From contig MU619264.1 in NCBI GenBank assembly GCA_025201805.1, positions 1-64,000 of the forward strand: a stretch of 64,000 nt of DNA, in the 5' to 3' direction. The DNA comes from Parasitella parasitica NRRL 2501. Taxonomy: Eukaryota; Fungi; Mucoromycota. The notes beneath the pieces are model-generated. The model was given only the letters and a program-made list of their open reading frames with translations, ran no database searches and had not been told where the DNA came from. This document shows positions 40,477 through 52,952 of this stretch, in pieces; position 1 is the first letter of the stretch; the number at the start of each line of letters is the position of its first letter. A program made the translations under genes and the position numbers.

Positions 40477-42644
40477 ATGTTCAATAATAGAAGAAAAAAC
40501 AAGAGAAAAGACGAGCAGGGAAGCAGCAGTCGAAGCAACCCTTCCAATGACCAAGTGATTGAGGAAATCGACATGAACGACATTAAACTTGACTCGATAC
40601 GATCCCGTGCATCCAATCCTGAGAAACCCTACACAAATCATTCAGAATTCACCGAAGACATAGACAGAGTGTATAGCAGAGGCCAATCCGGATCAATAGG
40701 TGATGTGGTGGACGACAAGCCAAAGTTGCAAAGAGGTTTGAAAGCTAGACATGTAAGTGTATTCTTGTTGTGGTCTGGCGATAATTGCGTTTGACATTTT
40801 CCGTGTGTACGATAGTTGACAATGATCTCATTGGGCGGTACAATTGGCACTGGTTTGTTTTTGGCGTCTGGTGCCTCTGTTGCGAATGCCGGTCCAGGTG
40901 GTGCATTGATTGCTTACGCCTTGATCGGTATCATGGTCTTTTTCATGATGGAATGCCTGGGGGAGATGGTAAATGAAATTTTTTTCTGGAACTGAGAAAG
41001 AACTTGTTTGTTGAAGTCAGAATGCTTTTTTTTTTTTTTTTCTAGGCTACATACCTTCCTATTTCTGGTAGTTTCAATAACTATGCTGGCAGGTTCATCG
41101 ATCCGGCTGTAGGCTTTGCTTTAGGGTGGAATTACTGGTAAGTTGTAAGCTTTTTTAGATTCTTGATTTAATAGTTGAATAACGTACGCATGTAGGTATA
41201 ATTGGGCTGTTACAGTAGCTGTTGAATTGGTAAGTTGGACACCACAGTTGCTATCCGTAATATTTTTATTTAATGGTATGTGTGAACAGACTGCTGGATC
41301 TATGGTTATGGCATATTGGCTACCTTATGTTCCAAGCTATGTGTGGTCTATCATTTTTCTGGTCATCATCTTGGCATTGAATTTGTTCTCCGTGAAGGGT
41401 TATGGTAAATTATACGCATGGACTATGTGCAAAAAAAAAAAAAAAATAACATGAGGTTATCAAATAGGTGAAGCAGAGTATTGGTTTGCTCTGATCAAGG
41501 TTTTGACAGTAATTGTTTTTATTTTCCTTGGGATTCTAGTGGATACTGCAGTTCTGGGCGACACTTATTACGGTGTTGCGACCTTCAACTATGGCGGTGT
41601 TCAGGGGTTAGGCGTGCTGAGTACATTCTTAACTGCTGGTTTCTCGTTTCAAGGCACAGAGTTAATTGGTGTTGCCGCTGGAGAAAGCGAAAACCCTCGT
41701 AAAAATGTGCCAAAGGCCATCAAGCAAGTTTTTTGGCGTATTGTGTTGTTTTACATTCTTTCCATTCTCATTATCGGTTTAATTATCCCTTACGATGACC
41801 CTCAGCTCTTGAACAATGATGTTACTGACATTTCAATATCTCCCTTTACTCTGGTCTTTCTAAAGGCTGGCATTGCCCCTGCAGCTCATATTATGAACGC
41901 TGTCATTCTCACAACCGTATTATCAGCTGGTAATTCCGGCCTGTATGCTTCTAGTCGTACGCTTTTGGATCTTGCAATTGAAGGAAAGGCTCCTAAAATC
42001 TTCAAGAAAATAACAAAGAATGGTATTCCCATCTATTGTGTGCTTTTGACGGCTGCTGTTGGCATGCTTGCATTTTTAACGTCTCTGTTTGGTAATGGTG
42101 TTGTATATAGCTGGCTTATGAATATCTCGGGTGTTGCTGGCTTCATTGCTTGGCTAGGCATAGCAGCTTCTCATTGGAGATTTCGCCGCGCTTATGTTGC
42201 TCAAGGTTATAAAGTAGAAGATCTTCCGTTCAAAGCTAGACTTTTCCCAGTAGGCCCTATATTTGCTTTCGGCATTTGTTCTTTCGTTATTGTTGGCCAA
42301 GGTTACGATTCTTGGATGGCTAAACCCGTCGTAGCTGCCGACGTGGTGGCATGCTATATTGGCGTTCCTGTGTACTTGGTCATTTACTTGGGATACAAGA
42401 TAATCAAGAAAACCAAGGTTATCCCTTTGATGGAGGTTGATTTAATCTCTGGTCGCGAAGAATTTGAGTAAGTTTTATAAGGAAATGCTGCCAGTAGCTG
42501 TCTAATTGTAAATTTTCCTTTAGGGGACTCGATGAAACAAACAAAAAGAATGATCCTCTTGAAGGTGTCAGCATGTTCAAGCCTTCAACGTGGAAACGTA
42601 TCCCTTCAAATTTGAAATCTTGGAGAGATGCCTTCCACAATTAA
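40477..42644 (+). CDS. APC-superfamily amino-acid permease, LysP-like, multi-exon
   Basis: LKARH|LTMISLGGTIGTGLF, GFSFQGTELIGVAAGESENP, SPFTLVF, LSAGNSGLYASSR; last intron 42468-42523 extends the C-terminus to 42644. Confidence 0.93.
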
Positions 42645-42779
42645 TATCTTTTCTTGACTAATTTTTATAACCATTTGTAAATATCATGTAATTCTTTTCA
42701 ATTTATAAAATTCATTCTTTCATCTAAACTTTTTACCATATGAAATCAGGCATCACATGTGAACTAGTTTATTTTATAT

Positions 42780-45747
42780 TTAATAGTAAATTTGCTGCAA
42801 TTCAGAGTTTTCGCTATGCTCATGTTGATCCTGAATGAATTTTTGAGCACGAGTTGGTTTACGATCCTGTTTCATCATTTTCAAAGATAACGTAGGCTTC
42901 TTTTTTACAATATTGCTGTAAATATGGTGTCTATTCCATAATCGAATGGTAGCTACTTTGACTAAATCTACCAACACTAATGTTACCAAAGCTATTCCAA
43001 CGATGATGATACCACGCGCCCATCCAATGCCTTCAACCCGCGAGTCACCAACGACACCGTACACTGACAAGATCAGCGCAATAACTTGTGTACCTAACAC
43101 GACAACAGTAAAGGGCCAAGATGGTATACTCTTCCAGCAAAAACCGTCAGTACGGGTCGAGAAAATGATAAAGTGAGGAGCTGTTGTTTGTGAGAAAGAT
43201 GACAGTTAATGCATGCATGATTTTGCTATGAATGTACGGCTGTTCTTACCACAAGAAATATGCAAATACATTATGGTATAGAGTTGCCCATCCGTAACCT
43301 TTAAAATATCTCTAAATATATAGAAATGGGCAAAGGAAAACAGAGATAAAAACAGGGCCAAGACCGTGGAAAGCACCACCAGTAAACGAAGACGCCAGAC
43401 GTTTGGTCTTTTTGATATAGTAACATTGTCCACAGTCATGATCATTGTAGCAGCATCGTTTAAAACCGAGATTAAGATCAAAAATATAGGAGGCATAGAC
43501 CAGTCTTCAGCCAACGTAATGACAAAAAAGAAGATCAAAAAGTGAATAGTGGATGCAATTCTGTACAGTGCGTAAGACTGCAAACGCTGGAAAATAGCTC
43601 GCGATGTTTTGATGCCATCAATGATTGTTGCTAGCCCAGGAGACAGCAATACAATATCCGAAGCCGTGCGAGCTGCGTCTGTGCTTCCGTGGACAGCAAT
43701 GCCAACATTGGCTTTTTTCAAAGCTGGAGCATCGTTAACACCATCACCTGTCATAGCAACAAAGTAACCTTTGTTTTGCAAAAGCTCAACCACCCTGTAT
43801 TTGTGTTCTGGAATCACACGAGCGAATCCATCCACTTGTAAGCATTGCTCAGCAATCTGATCATCTTTCTTGGACGCATCAACAAGGCAGTTGGCATCCA
43901 AGATATCTTGGCCCATTTTTAAGCGTTGTGCAACTTCTTTGGCGATGATAGTCTGATCGCCGGTAATCATTTTCACTGAAATGCCATAGTCATTGCAGTC
44001 TTTGATAGTTTCTGCCGAATCGTGACGAGGAGGATCGATTAGACTAAAAATGCCCACTAGCTCCCATTCTTCTTCAGTGTCCTCCAGCATTAATTTGGGC
44101 TTGGTTTTTGCCACACCCAAAGCACGCAAACCTCGGTTGGCGAATTCAACGACTACGCCTTCAGCCACGCTCATATCACCGCCTCCATGCTGCATGACTA
44201 AATCTAAAATTACCTGCGGAGCACCCTTGGCTACTTTGAATGTGGACTGGGTACTGTGCTCCAGGATTGTTGCACGAGACATCTTTTCGGTGGGATCGAA
44301 AGGCTTGAAAGTCTTGACCTTGTATCCAAAGACTTGGTGCTTATCTCTGTTGATTTGGGGGTGCTCTGCAACGGCAGCTGTGCGAATAGCAAACTCAATA
44401 GGATCACTTGTGGCTGGCTCAGAAGAGAGATATGCGTACAACAAGATGTCGTTTTTGGTGTATGATTTGGCTAGATAGGGCTCGTCAAAAGTGAGTTCGT
44501 TCAATGTTAATGTGCCGGTTTTATCGCTGCACAAGATGGATACCGAGGCCAATTCTTCAACTGCCGTGAGACGCTTGACTATAACCTGCTTTTTAGCCAA
44601 CTGCTTTGCGCCGATGGCCATGGTCACTGACATGACAGTGGGTAAGCCGACAGGAATACTATTTGCAGGCGCATGCATGCGGTCAGAAATAAACGCAATC
44701 CTTACATCGTGTGCTAAAGTAACTTACGCTGCAATTGTGAGAACGACCATTTCTTTCAAAGCTTCCAATGCATCGTCTGTTGTAACCGTGCCATTTTTTA
44801 CTTTTTTCTCGACTAAATCGTAGATAAATATGATAGCCACCAGGAACACTGATAGCGCAATGAGAAAGTTGCCAATGTAATTTACGACCTTCTGGAAATG
44901 ACCAGCGTCTGTAGTAATAGAGATCAAATTTGCGGCTTTTCCAATAAATGTATCTGCACCTGTACGCACAACAATGCCTAATTGTTGACCTTGCTTGACG
45001 GTGCTAGAAGAGTACACTAAATCGCCTTTATGCTTACGAACTGGTAAAGACTCTCCAGTCAGAGCACTTTGGTCTATTTGCAAGTCGCCATCAATAGCTT
45101 CACCTGTAGCTCCAATGCCTAGCAAGCGAACATCTGCCGGGACGATATCGCCCAAACGTATCACTATGACATCGCCAACAACAAGCTCGGTAGCATTGAT
45201 CTCGATTAATTGACCGTTTCGCCAGCATCTCGTATGTAGCGCCAAGCTATTTTTAAGTGCTGCAACTGCCGAGTCTGCTTTCGCTTCTTCGCTGTATCCA
45301 ATCAATGCATTAATAATGAGCATTGCCAAGATGATGCCAAAGTCGACCCAATCCTGAGTTACAGCAGTTAAAATGATGGAGATTTCCATCAGATAAGCAA
45401 TAGCGCCTGTAACTATGTATATTCATATAATCGATTAAATTGATGGAATACATATATATATGTATATATGTGTGTGTATACTTACAAAATGATAAAAAAT
45501 GCTTGATTTTACTTCGCTTGTGTTCCTGCAGCTCGTTTTTGCCAAACTTTGCCAATCTTTCAGATACTTGAACATGTGTCAAGCCATAAGTTGGATTTGT
45601 ATCAAGGTAGATTTCTAAATCAGACGAGATTTCATCTTTCCAAGTCTTTTCTGAAGGTGGCATTGAGGCTAACGGTATATTTTCATTTGGCTGTTGTTGT
45701 TGTTCTTGCTGCAGAGGCTGCTTTGAATATTGATGATTATAAGCCAT
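42780..45747 (-). CDS. PMA1: plasma-membrane H+-ATPase (P3A), multi-exon
   Basis: DQSALTGES, IPVGLP, CSDKTGTLT, KGAP, DPPR, MITGD, TGDGVNDAPALK, ISVLND; may be a paralog rather than the main PMA1. Confidence 0.92.
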
Positions 45748-46627
45748 TTTCTTTCTTGATTTGGAAGCAAGTTACTGATAAGAAATTTGCAAAGCGTAGA
45801 GTGAGTGCTTCCAGCTGATATATGCGTTTAATGATATGCCAACTGATTTTTTAATGGAAATGAATAGATGAAGGTGTGTTTAGATGTGAAAAATGAAAGA
45901 AACAAATGTAATGGACATAGGGATGCGCCTTTTATTTATTTATCTCTTTGATGATCTAAATATACTTACATGGTCGTGCAAACATAAAAAGTGGCTGCTT
46001 AGTACAGGTTAGATTGTACCAGTGTATGTTATGTTGGAGATCCTCTCACACGCACCGAAGAGAGTAAAAGGGGGAGATACATTTGTTAATTTGTGGATGT
46101 TTAAATCGACTTGATATACTTCCTCAAATAGATACAGTGCACTATAATAATAATCATTAGATTGTTAGACCTTGATTTGTTATCATATGCATTATTAGAC
46201 TGATACTCTAGGATTTTCCATGCTTGACTAGTCAGTTTGTATCAATATTAAACAAATGTACACCCATTATCACAACGAATAACTTTAGTTCGAGCCGTAA
46301 CAAGCTACGACTCATTGAAATGATGCTAAACCAATATCTATCTTACTCATAACGATTACAAAAACATAGACAACTATAGACATAGCATGGATATGCTAAA
46401 TCAGCAAGCATTTGAGCCTTTTCAAGCCACTTACATTTTCGGATCGTTCCTGATACAGCTTTGTAGTATTAATTGTCCCTTTAATAACAGAAACTACCCC
46501 CCTCATTTGGTGCATAAATACATTCTAAATCATGCCCAGCAAACCTACCACCCACTAGAGAAAGTGTAATAAAATGGCTTTATTTTGTTTGTTTGTAGAG
46601 GTAATATAATTCCATGAGATAAACACT

Positions 46628-47434
46628 TTAAACAACAGTACCAGAGGCAGAGGCAATACGAGGCCACAAGTCAGCACATTCTTTAGCAACGGGACCAGTG
46701 ATGGCACTTGAAAGAGGATTATTACTAATGTTACTAATGTAAACTGGTTAAATAGACTTACCTGCCCTTCATTTCACCCTTGGGGTTGACAATGACACCA
46801 GCGTTGTCCTCAAAGTAGAGGAAAACACCATCTCTACGGCGCCATGCCTTGCGTTGACGGACGACAACAGCAGCCATAACCTTCTTTCTCAACTCAGGCT
46901 TACCCTTCTTGACGGTGGCGACAACCATGTCACCACAACCAGCAGCAGGAAGTCTGTTCAAACGACCCTTGATGTTACGGACGGCAATGACGTACAAGTT
47001 CTTGGCGCCAGAGTTATCGGCACAATTCATGACGGCGCCAACAGGCAAACCGAGAGTCATACGGTATTTGGTTCCGGAAACGCTAACTAGGGAAAAAGAA
47101 AAAAAAAGTTAATAGGGTTCTACAAGGCGACATGGCCGACAAAAATCTCGAGATGATGACCAGGAAGTATGGAAAACACAACAAATGACCCTTCTACAAT
47201 CTTCAATTTTCTTGCTCTATTCATTCTTCTCGTGCATTACTTGCTAAAGAATGAAAATGCTAAAAATGATACAAAATGTCATCCCGCAGGGTCGGATGCC
47301 CTAGCACAGGCACAGTTGTATCCACCCATCCATCCATGCTGGCCATCCGCGTCGCAGCCATAACCATCCATACATCATCTCGATTTATTTCCTGCCATCA
47401 TGGCCATTGACTGCTATACTTCACCCTTAGGCAT
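46628..47434 (-). CDS. RPL23: 60S ribosomal protein uL14 (L23)
   Basis: [27 protein letters not shown]...[17 protein letters not shown]|[26 protein letters not shown]; probable 10-nt first exon ATGCCTAAGG (47434-47425) and 338-nt intron; the start exon is less certain than the gene call. Confidence 0.95.
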
Positions 47435-47581
47435 TATGCAGAAATATAGAGAGAGAGGAGGATTTATTCATTGAAGATTTATTTTACATCTTTACAGACC
47501 TGTTTGGATCCCCGGGTAAAAAGTTTTTAACCCTTTTTACTCAACAGGATATGGCTACCCGGTCCGCACACTATAGAACCT

Positions 47582-48725
47582 CTAACGACGACGACGCAGA
47601 TGGCGAGCAGCTATTACGTTCTTTGGAGGTTGGATCAAATCAGTGAGCTTTACTGTAGATCCTTCAGATACCGGCTCAAGCAGGTCAGAAAGCTTTAATT
47701 TAGGTGCTGCTGGAGCAACCATATCTGCGAGCGTTGTTACAACATCATAATGTTCTTGGATCACATTTTCAGAGTCGACAATTCGAGCATTTGTAACCTT
47801 TTGTTGTTCGTCATTGGTCTTGTCTGCCGCTTGTTTTTGTATTTCTGAGAGAGTGGGTGCTTCTTCTTTGACGAAAAAGACCGTATCTGTGTAAACTTGG
47901 TTATCAGTTGCTTTATTTTTAGTAAGTTCTTCTTTTTGGGTAATAAAACTTCCTTTGTTTTGAGCAGCAATGCCTTCATCATGGGTAGCAATGCCTTCAT
48001 CTGAGGTAACAACTTCGTTTGGAGTAGTAATGTCTTCATTTTTAGCAGCGATGACTTTGTTTTGAACAAGAGCTTGCTCCTCTCCGGTAAGTAGAATGTT
48101 GTTAGCAAAGTCAAAGCTAGTCTGGAGTTCGTTATCACTGGTATAGGCTATAGTTTGTAAGCCTTTAAAAGTCTAGTTTGTCACTAAACGGTACCCAGAT
48201 CTTACCGTATTCGTTGGATTCGGTTTGTTGTGGTGATGTTACCACCGATGGAAATTTTGAGGATGAAGGTTTAGATGTAGCAAATATCTGCCAGAACGAT
48301 ACTTCTGATCCTTGTTCAGGGCTCTCAAGCGCATCTTTTCCTGCCAACGTTGCTAAATGCCTCATTTCGTCATAAGCTGCATCATAATTCGCCCAAAAGC
48401 TTTTCAATGTGTCCTTTCCGCCAGTAACCCAATTCAATGTAGAATTAGTTTTCGAGTGGCCCCATGGGGCGCCTGATTCAAGGTCTTTATCCTCGTTTGT
48501 TTGTATTGCAGAATTATTTTTCCAACCAAGAACCAATTGATAAGGTGCTGATACATAAGATGGTTTTTGTTCACCTCTGATTTCTTGAAAAGCGTCGCCC
48601 CATACTGGACCTTGAGAAGATGGTAAACCAGAAACAACGAATGGAGGTATCTCACCAGTACCACGAACTGTCAACAACCTCTTGTTTTTCTTTATATTCT
48701 TGATGTTGGGTTTCACTGCATCCAT
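47582..48725 (-). CDS. orphan two-exon protein of unknown function
   Basis: ORF 48725 with phase-1 donor GTAAGA after ..SNEY; matching acceptor CTATAG near 48148; frame open to 47582; 7-aa DEGIAxx repeats. Confidence 0.55.
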
Positions 48726-50315
48726 AGTGTTGTTTGGCTAAAACCAACTGTATGATCAAATGAGAAAAAATGACGTACAGAGGAAAGGAAGAATGAGAGA
48801 ATTATTATCGTATTATTCTGTCAAGTTAGATATACAACAATAAATAAAACAAGCTATTAACAAGATATCCTGTCCTTGCTTAAACATACCAACTCCTGCT
48901 CAAAAAATACATAGTTAAAATTGTATAAATTCTGCATGTTCTTGTCGCTCACAGAAATTGATGCATATATCATATTGTCTATGTATTTAAACTAGTTCAT
49001 GCAAGTTAAAAGGTAATACGCATGAATGTTGGAAGCTCGTGCTTGGTTGTATAACCGTTACTCTCCGGAGATCCAGGCAATGTGTGAATTTTTTAGGTAA
49101 TTTTTTGATACTGACTCTGGCTCTATTCATATTAATAGGCTATAATCACTGGTATATAACCTGGGTGTGGATGTCAACATATATTTATTTAGATAGTTGT
49201 ATATCATTCCAATGGCTTAGAGCTGACGACCATATTATCCACACAGAAAAATTCGAGGTGAATCTGCCCGAATAATGCTACTTTTTTTTAAAAAGGATGG
49301 GTCAACAATGTTGATTAAAAAAAAGGTTTATTTTCAGAATTAGGTCAATTAGAACAAAACTTGATGCTCTATTTATGATTTTTACGACTACTTTCGATAG
49401 TTAGAGCTATGTAAACTGTTCTGAAAAATAATCTTTCGCAACTGTAGCTTCATTATTTCTGCCAAGAACCAAAACCTGTCTCGACCAAGAGTAATCATCA
49501 AATTATTGTGCCAATGTTTATAAGGTCAAAAGTGGGTCTTTGAAAAGGCTAAAAATTGAATCCGTTTTTCTCCATTACCTCACTGTACCCATCTAAAATT
49601 TGGGCACCTAGTAGAAAATTATACTACAAACATACGTTAATAATTTATTCAAGTCAAAATGGTGTTGTGGTTAGTTGAGAAATTGGTCAGCAAAGCTTTG
49701 TGTAAAAAGATAAAAATGGCTCATCCTTATCGAATTCAGGGTTCACAAAGACATGTCTGGTACCAGTAGGTGTAACAAAACGTGTCTTGCTACTTCACTT
49801 GAAAACTTGAACATGATTTACTTGCAAAGTTTGGTACTTGTTATAGGACAATATGCCGTAAAATTGGAAATATCTTGTTCTGGCAATATCTCGACTACAA
49901 TGATACATATCCAGAATCAAAAAAACGTAGTGATGTACAGTTATCAAACTAATATTGGGATATACTCTTAGCTTGAACTACAAATCCGTGCCTGAAAATG
50001 ACTCTGAAGTTGGCCCAAAGTTGAAAACTGAAAATCCAACATGAGGTTTGGAGTCCAAAAACAGGAAAATCTGAAAAATGGTCATAGATGAGATCTCGTA
50101 TATGTTGTAGAATGGTGTAAAAAAAGAATATTTTGGCTGAAAGTTGTGTCTCTATCGCTTAATAGTTTGTAAAGATATCAGATATTGCAATTTAGGTGTT
50201 TAAGCGGGGGAAAAGGTAATATTTCAAATTTGGTGGTATTTATTTAATCCAAAAAATGAAGGTATACAAAAATGGCTTTTGAGCCCGTATTATGCAGTAT
50301 CTCAGCTATCGATTC

Positions 50316-50430
50316 ATATTGAGGCATGCCCAAGTTACCTAGAGCCATGGCTTTGCTCCTCAATTGAAAAGAGGTGGTGCACTCAAGTTTACCATGACGG
50401 ACCGTTCGATCTCCGACAATCTTTGGTTTT
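50316..50430. repeat. interspersed repeat copy B, left part (split by MULE)
   Basis: Reverse complement matches 39693-39802 with small indels. Confidence 0.9.
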
Positions 50431-52952
50431 GGATCCCCTTATTTTCTGTCGTCGGATAAATGTTTGAAAAGGTCTTCATCGTTAAACCATAAACCATAAG
50501 GCATCTATTCCAAATAAGCAAAAAATTCTTTATTTTCTTTTACTTCTTCATGTTTTTGTAATTTTTTATCACGTTTAGTTCCACTGACGGTTTTGTCTAC
50601 GAAAGAAACTAGAATGGTTGTTTCTAATGCTTTCAATCTGATCAAGTGCACTTTGGATTGCTGAATTCAAAGTTTCCAACTCTGCTGCGTCAACTCCAGG
50701 TATCATTTTGAATTTTTCTACATCACGCTTACTATGATGTAAGGCAGTAATTCGTGACAAAGCCATGTCAATAGCAGCAGAATTTCTTAAGATAGTGGCC
50801 TCTTCTTCTGGGTTGTCTTCTACGTTAATGTCTAATTAAGTTTTAGTCTACAAGTATTTTGTAAGATGCAACTTCTAAAACTACTTACTGTTGTTCTCTT
50901 CTTCAGAATCGTGTCGAGTATGTTGCTCAAGCTCCAGTCCATTGCTAACGTCCGCTTCAATCTTCAAAGGCATAGAGGTGTATCTCTTAAGTAGACACAT
51001 ATGTTTGCAAGCAATTTGTGTTTTTTTGAAATCTGGACAAAGACATGTGCAGATAACGTTATTAATCACGCGTACTTGATATGTAATTCGAGGCTTATTA
51101 GGATCGAACGATTGAATTTTCCATGCACCATTATTATTATCGTCAGTATTTGTGAAAGAGCCTTGAGGGTTTCGAATCATTGAAATGAGGCTTTCATTTG
51201 AGATTTGCGATGCCATGTAAGATTTTCTTGCAATATTATTTTGTAATGGGCCCATCCGTCCAGTATTTGCTAATATTCTATTAGACTCTTCAGTGAAGTA
51301 ATATTCAACATCGTTTGTCAGGACAAAGACCAATCTGTCTAATCTGTTGATTCTCAATCGCTCAAAGTAAATGATTTTCAGTTGATTATGCCAACTTTCG
51401 ATGTAGTTGTTGGTTACAAATGACTTGTGGATTTCTTTGACGAAGGGTGCTCCCCATCTCTTGACTACTTCTTCATAATTGAACCAGTATCGAGTAAAAT
51501 AATCCAAGACTTCAGCATGTTCTTCGATTTTTAGCTTGAATCTTTCTATTTTTCTAAATAATGAATTTTTCCTCGTTTCAGCAAGAATTAAGTGCAAGTC
51601 GTTCAAAAGATCCTGCTTGTACTCTGTTGCTTCAGTGTTTGACATGCTCGTAGGTAAAGACAGCTTTGCACCCAGGTTATCTTTCCATGCTCGCCAGACA
51701 TGGAAGGCACAATAATGGATAACAACTTGGTTTCTAAAAGCTGCTTTGATGGCATTAACTTCGGCCAAGCTACAGTCAATTGTAATTGCAGTAGGTGCAA
51801 AATTACAATTGTCTCGTAGATAAACAAGCCATTGATTTATAGGACCTACACTTTGATCATTAGTGACCATATATGCAATAGGATAGCCCTTTCCAGTCAA
51901 TAAATCTTTAACTAAAAGGGTATATAAAACCTCCATGCTTCTAGAAGAAATGCCATGGGTAGCGTCTAGACAAAATGATTGATGCTGTTCCATTTTTCTT
52001 GATTGAATTTGGGATTGGAAACCATAAGCAAACAAACTTGTGTCTTGTGAATATAATTGTGGGTTGCCAGCAAAAATTTTATATCCCTGAGAAGCTAACT
52101 TATCATTCAACCAAAATAAAAATGATTCAATATCGTTCTCTCGATATCTGTACAAGTAATCTTTCATCTAATTATAAAGTTTAATTTTTTCATTATTGTT
52201 CAATAGCACGGATTGTATATCAATACCTTCTTCATTAAATTGTAAACATCATCATAACTAGGACGTCGAGATCCTTTGTTTTCTTCTTTCAATGTATCCA
52301 AAGTTTTTAGGGTTGCAGTTCTTATACTTCTGCATTTGTTTCCTAAAGCCAAATGGTACTTGATAGTGTCAATAGCCGTGCTGTTAATTGGCAACGTGCC
52401 CAGTTCATTTAAATCACCAGGAGTGTGATTTGTGTGATCTTTCAAAAGTTTGAACTCTACAACATCTGATCCTAAATGACTTGGCACATTTGCATGATAG
52501 CTAGCAATACTCAATTGGGCTGCACACCCACAGCGCTTACTATCTTTTTGACCAATACGTACAGATCGCTTGGATTCGTATGCTCCACTTCGATGGCATT
52601 GTCTTGTTTCTCCAAATACGACTTTGTCACTACTTTTCCATTTTCTTAGTTTTGTCCATTTGGTACCGCAGTATTCGTTTATCTTTAATAGACATGCTTC
52701 CCATACTGAGGTCTTAACATAAATTACTACATCCAATGGTAGTTTCCTTGATTGATTCGATGGCATTATGCTCAACGCATTTTTGATATTAGCTACACTA
52801 TATACGATAGGTGGAGTTTCAGACATGATTAGAGTTATTATCTTATATTATTCTGGTTGAAGATCGTCAAATATTTATAAATGACACTTAAAAGCCACTC
52901 GAAGCCACACCCTCTTCAAACATTTATCCGACGACAGAAAATAAGGGGATCC
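50431..52952 (-). mobile_element. Mutator-like (MULE) DNA transposon, 2522 bp, apparently autonomous
   Basis: TIRs GGATCCCCTTATTTTCTGTCGTCGGATAAATGTTTGAA(A/G)AGG at 50431-50472 and 52911-52952 (41/42 match); 9-bp TSD TTTGGTTTT at 50422-50430 and 52953-52961. Confidence 0.95.
50575..52826 (-). CDS. MULE transposase with SWIM zinc finger, 3 exons
   Basis: N-terminal CHR..KRCGC..HTNH Zn-binding region; FCLDATH, ITIDCS, CAFH, TNNYIESWH (DDE plus CxxH); SWIM CLCPDF..IACKH; both introns phase-compatible, no internal stop. Confidence 0.93.

Noticed and set aside
33526-45747. PHO81 + permease + H+-ATPase as a nutrient-uptake gene cluster
   Set aside because: No shared motif seen; proximity alone does not support co-regulation.
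47150-47400. Intronic C/D snoRNA in RPL23
   Set aside because: The perfect ATGATGA box is on the antisense strand and I found no suitably placed CTGA D box; the motif is explained by the stem arms.
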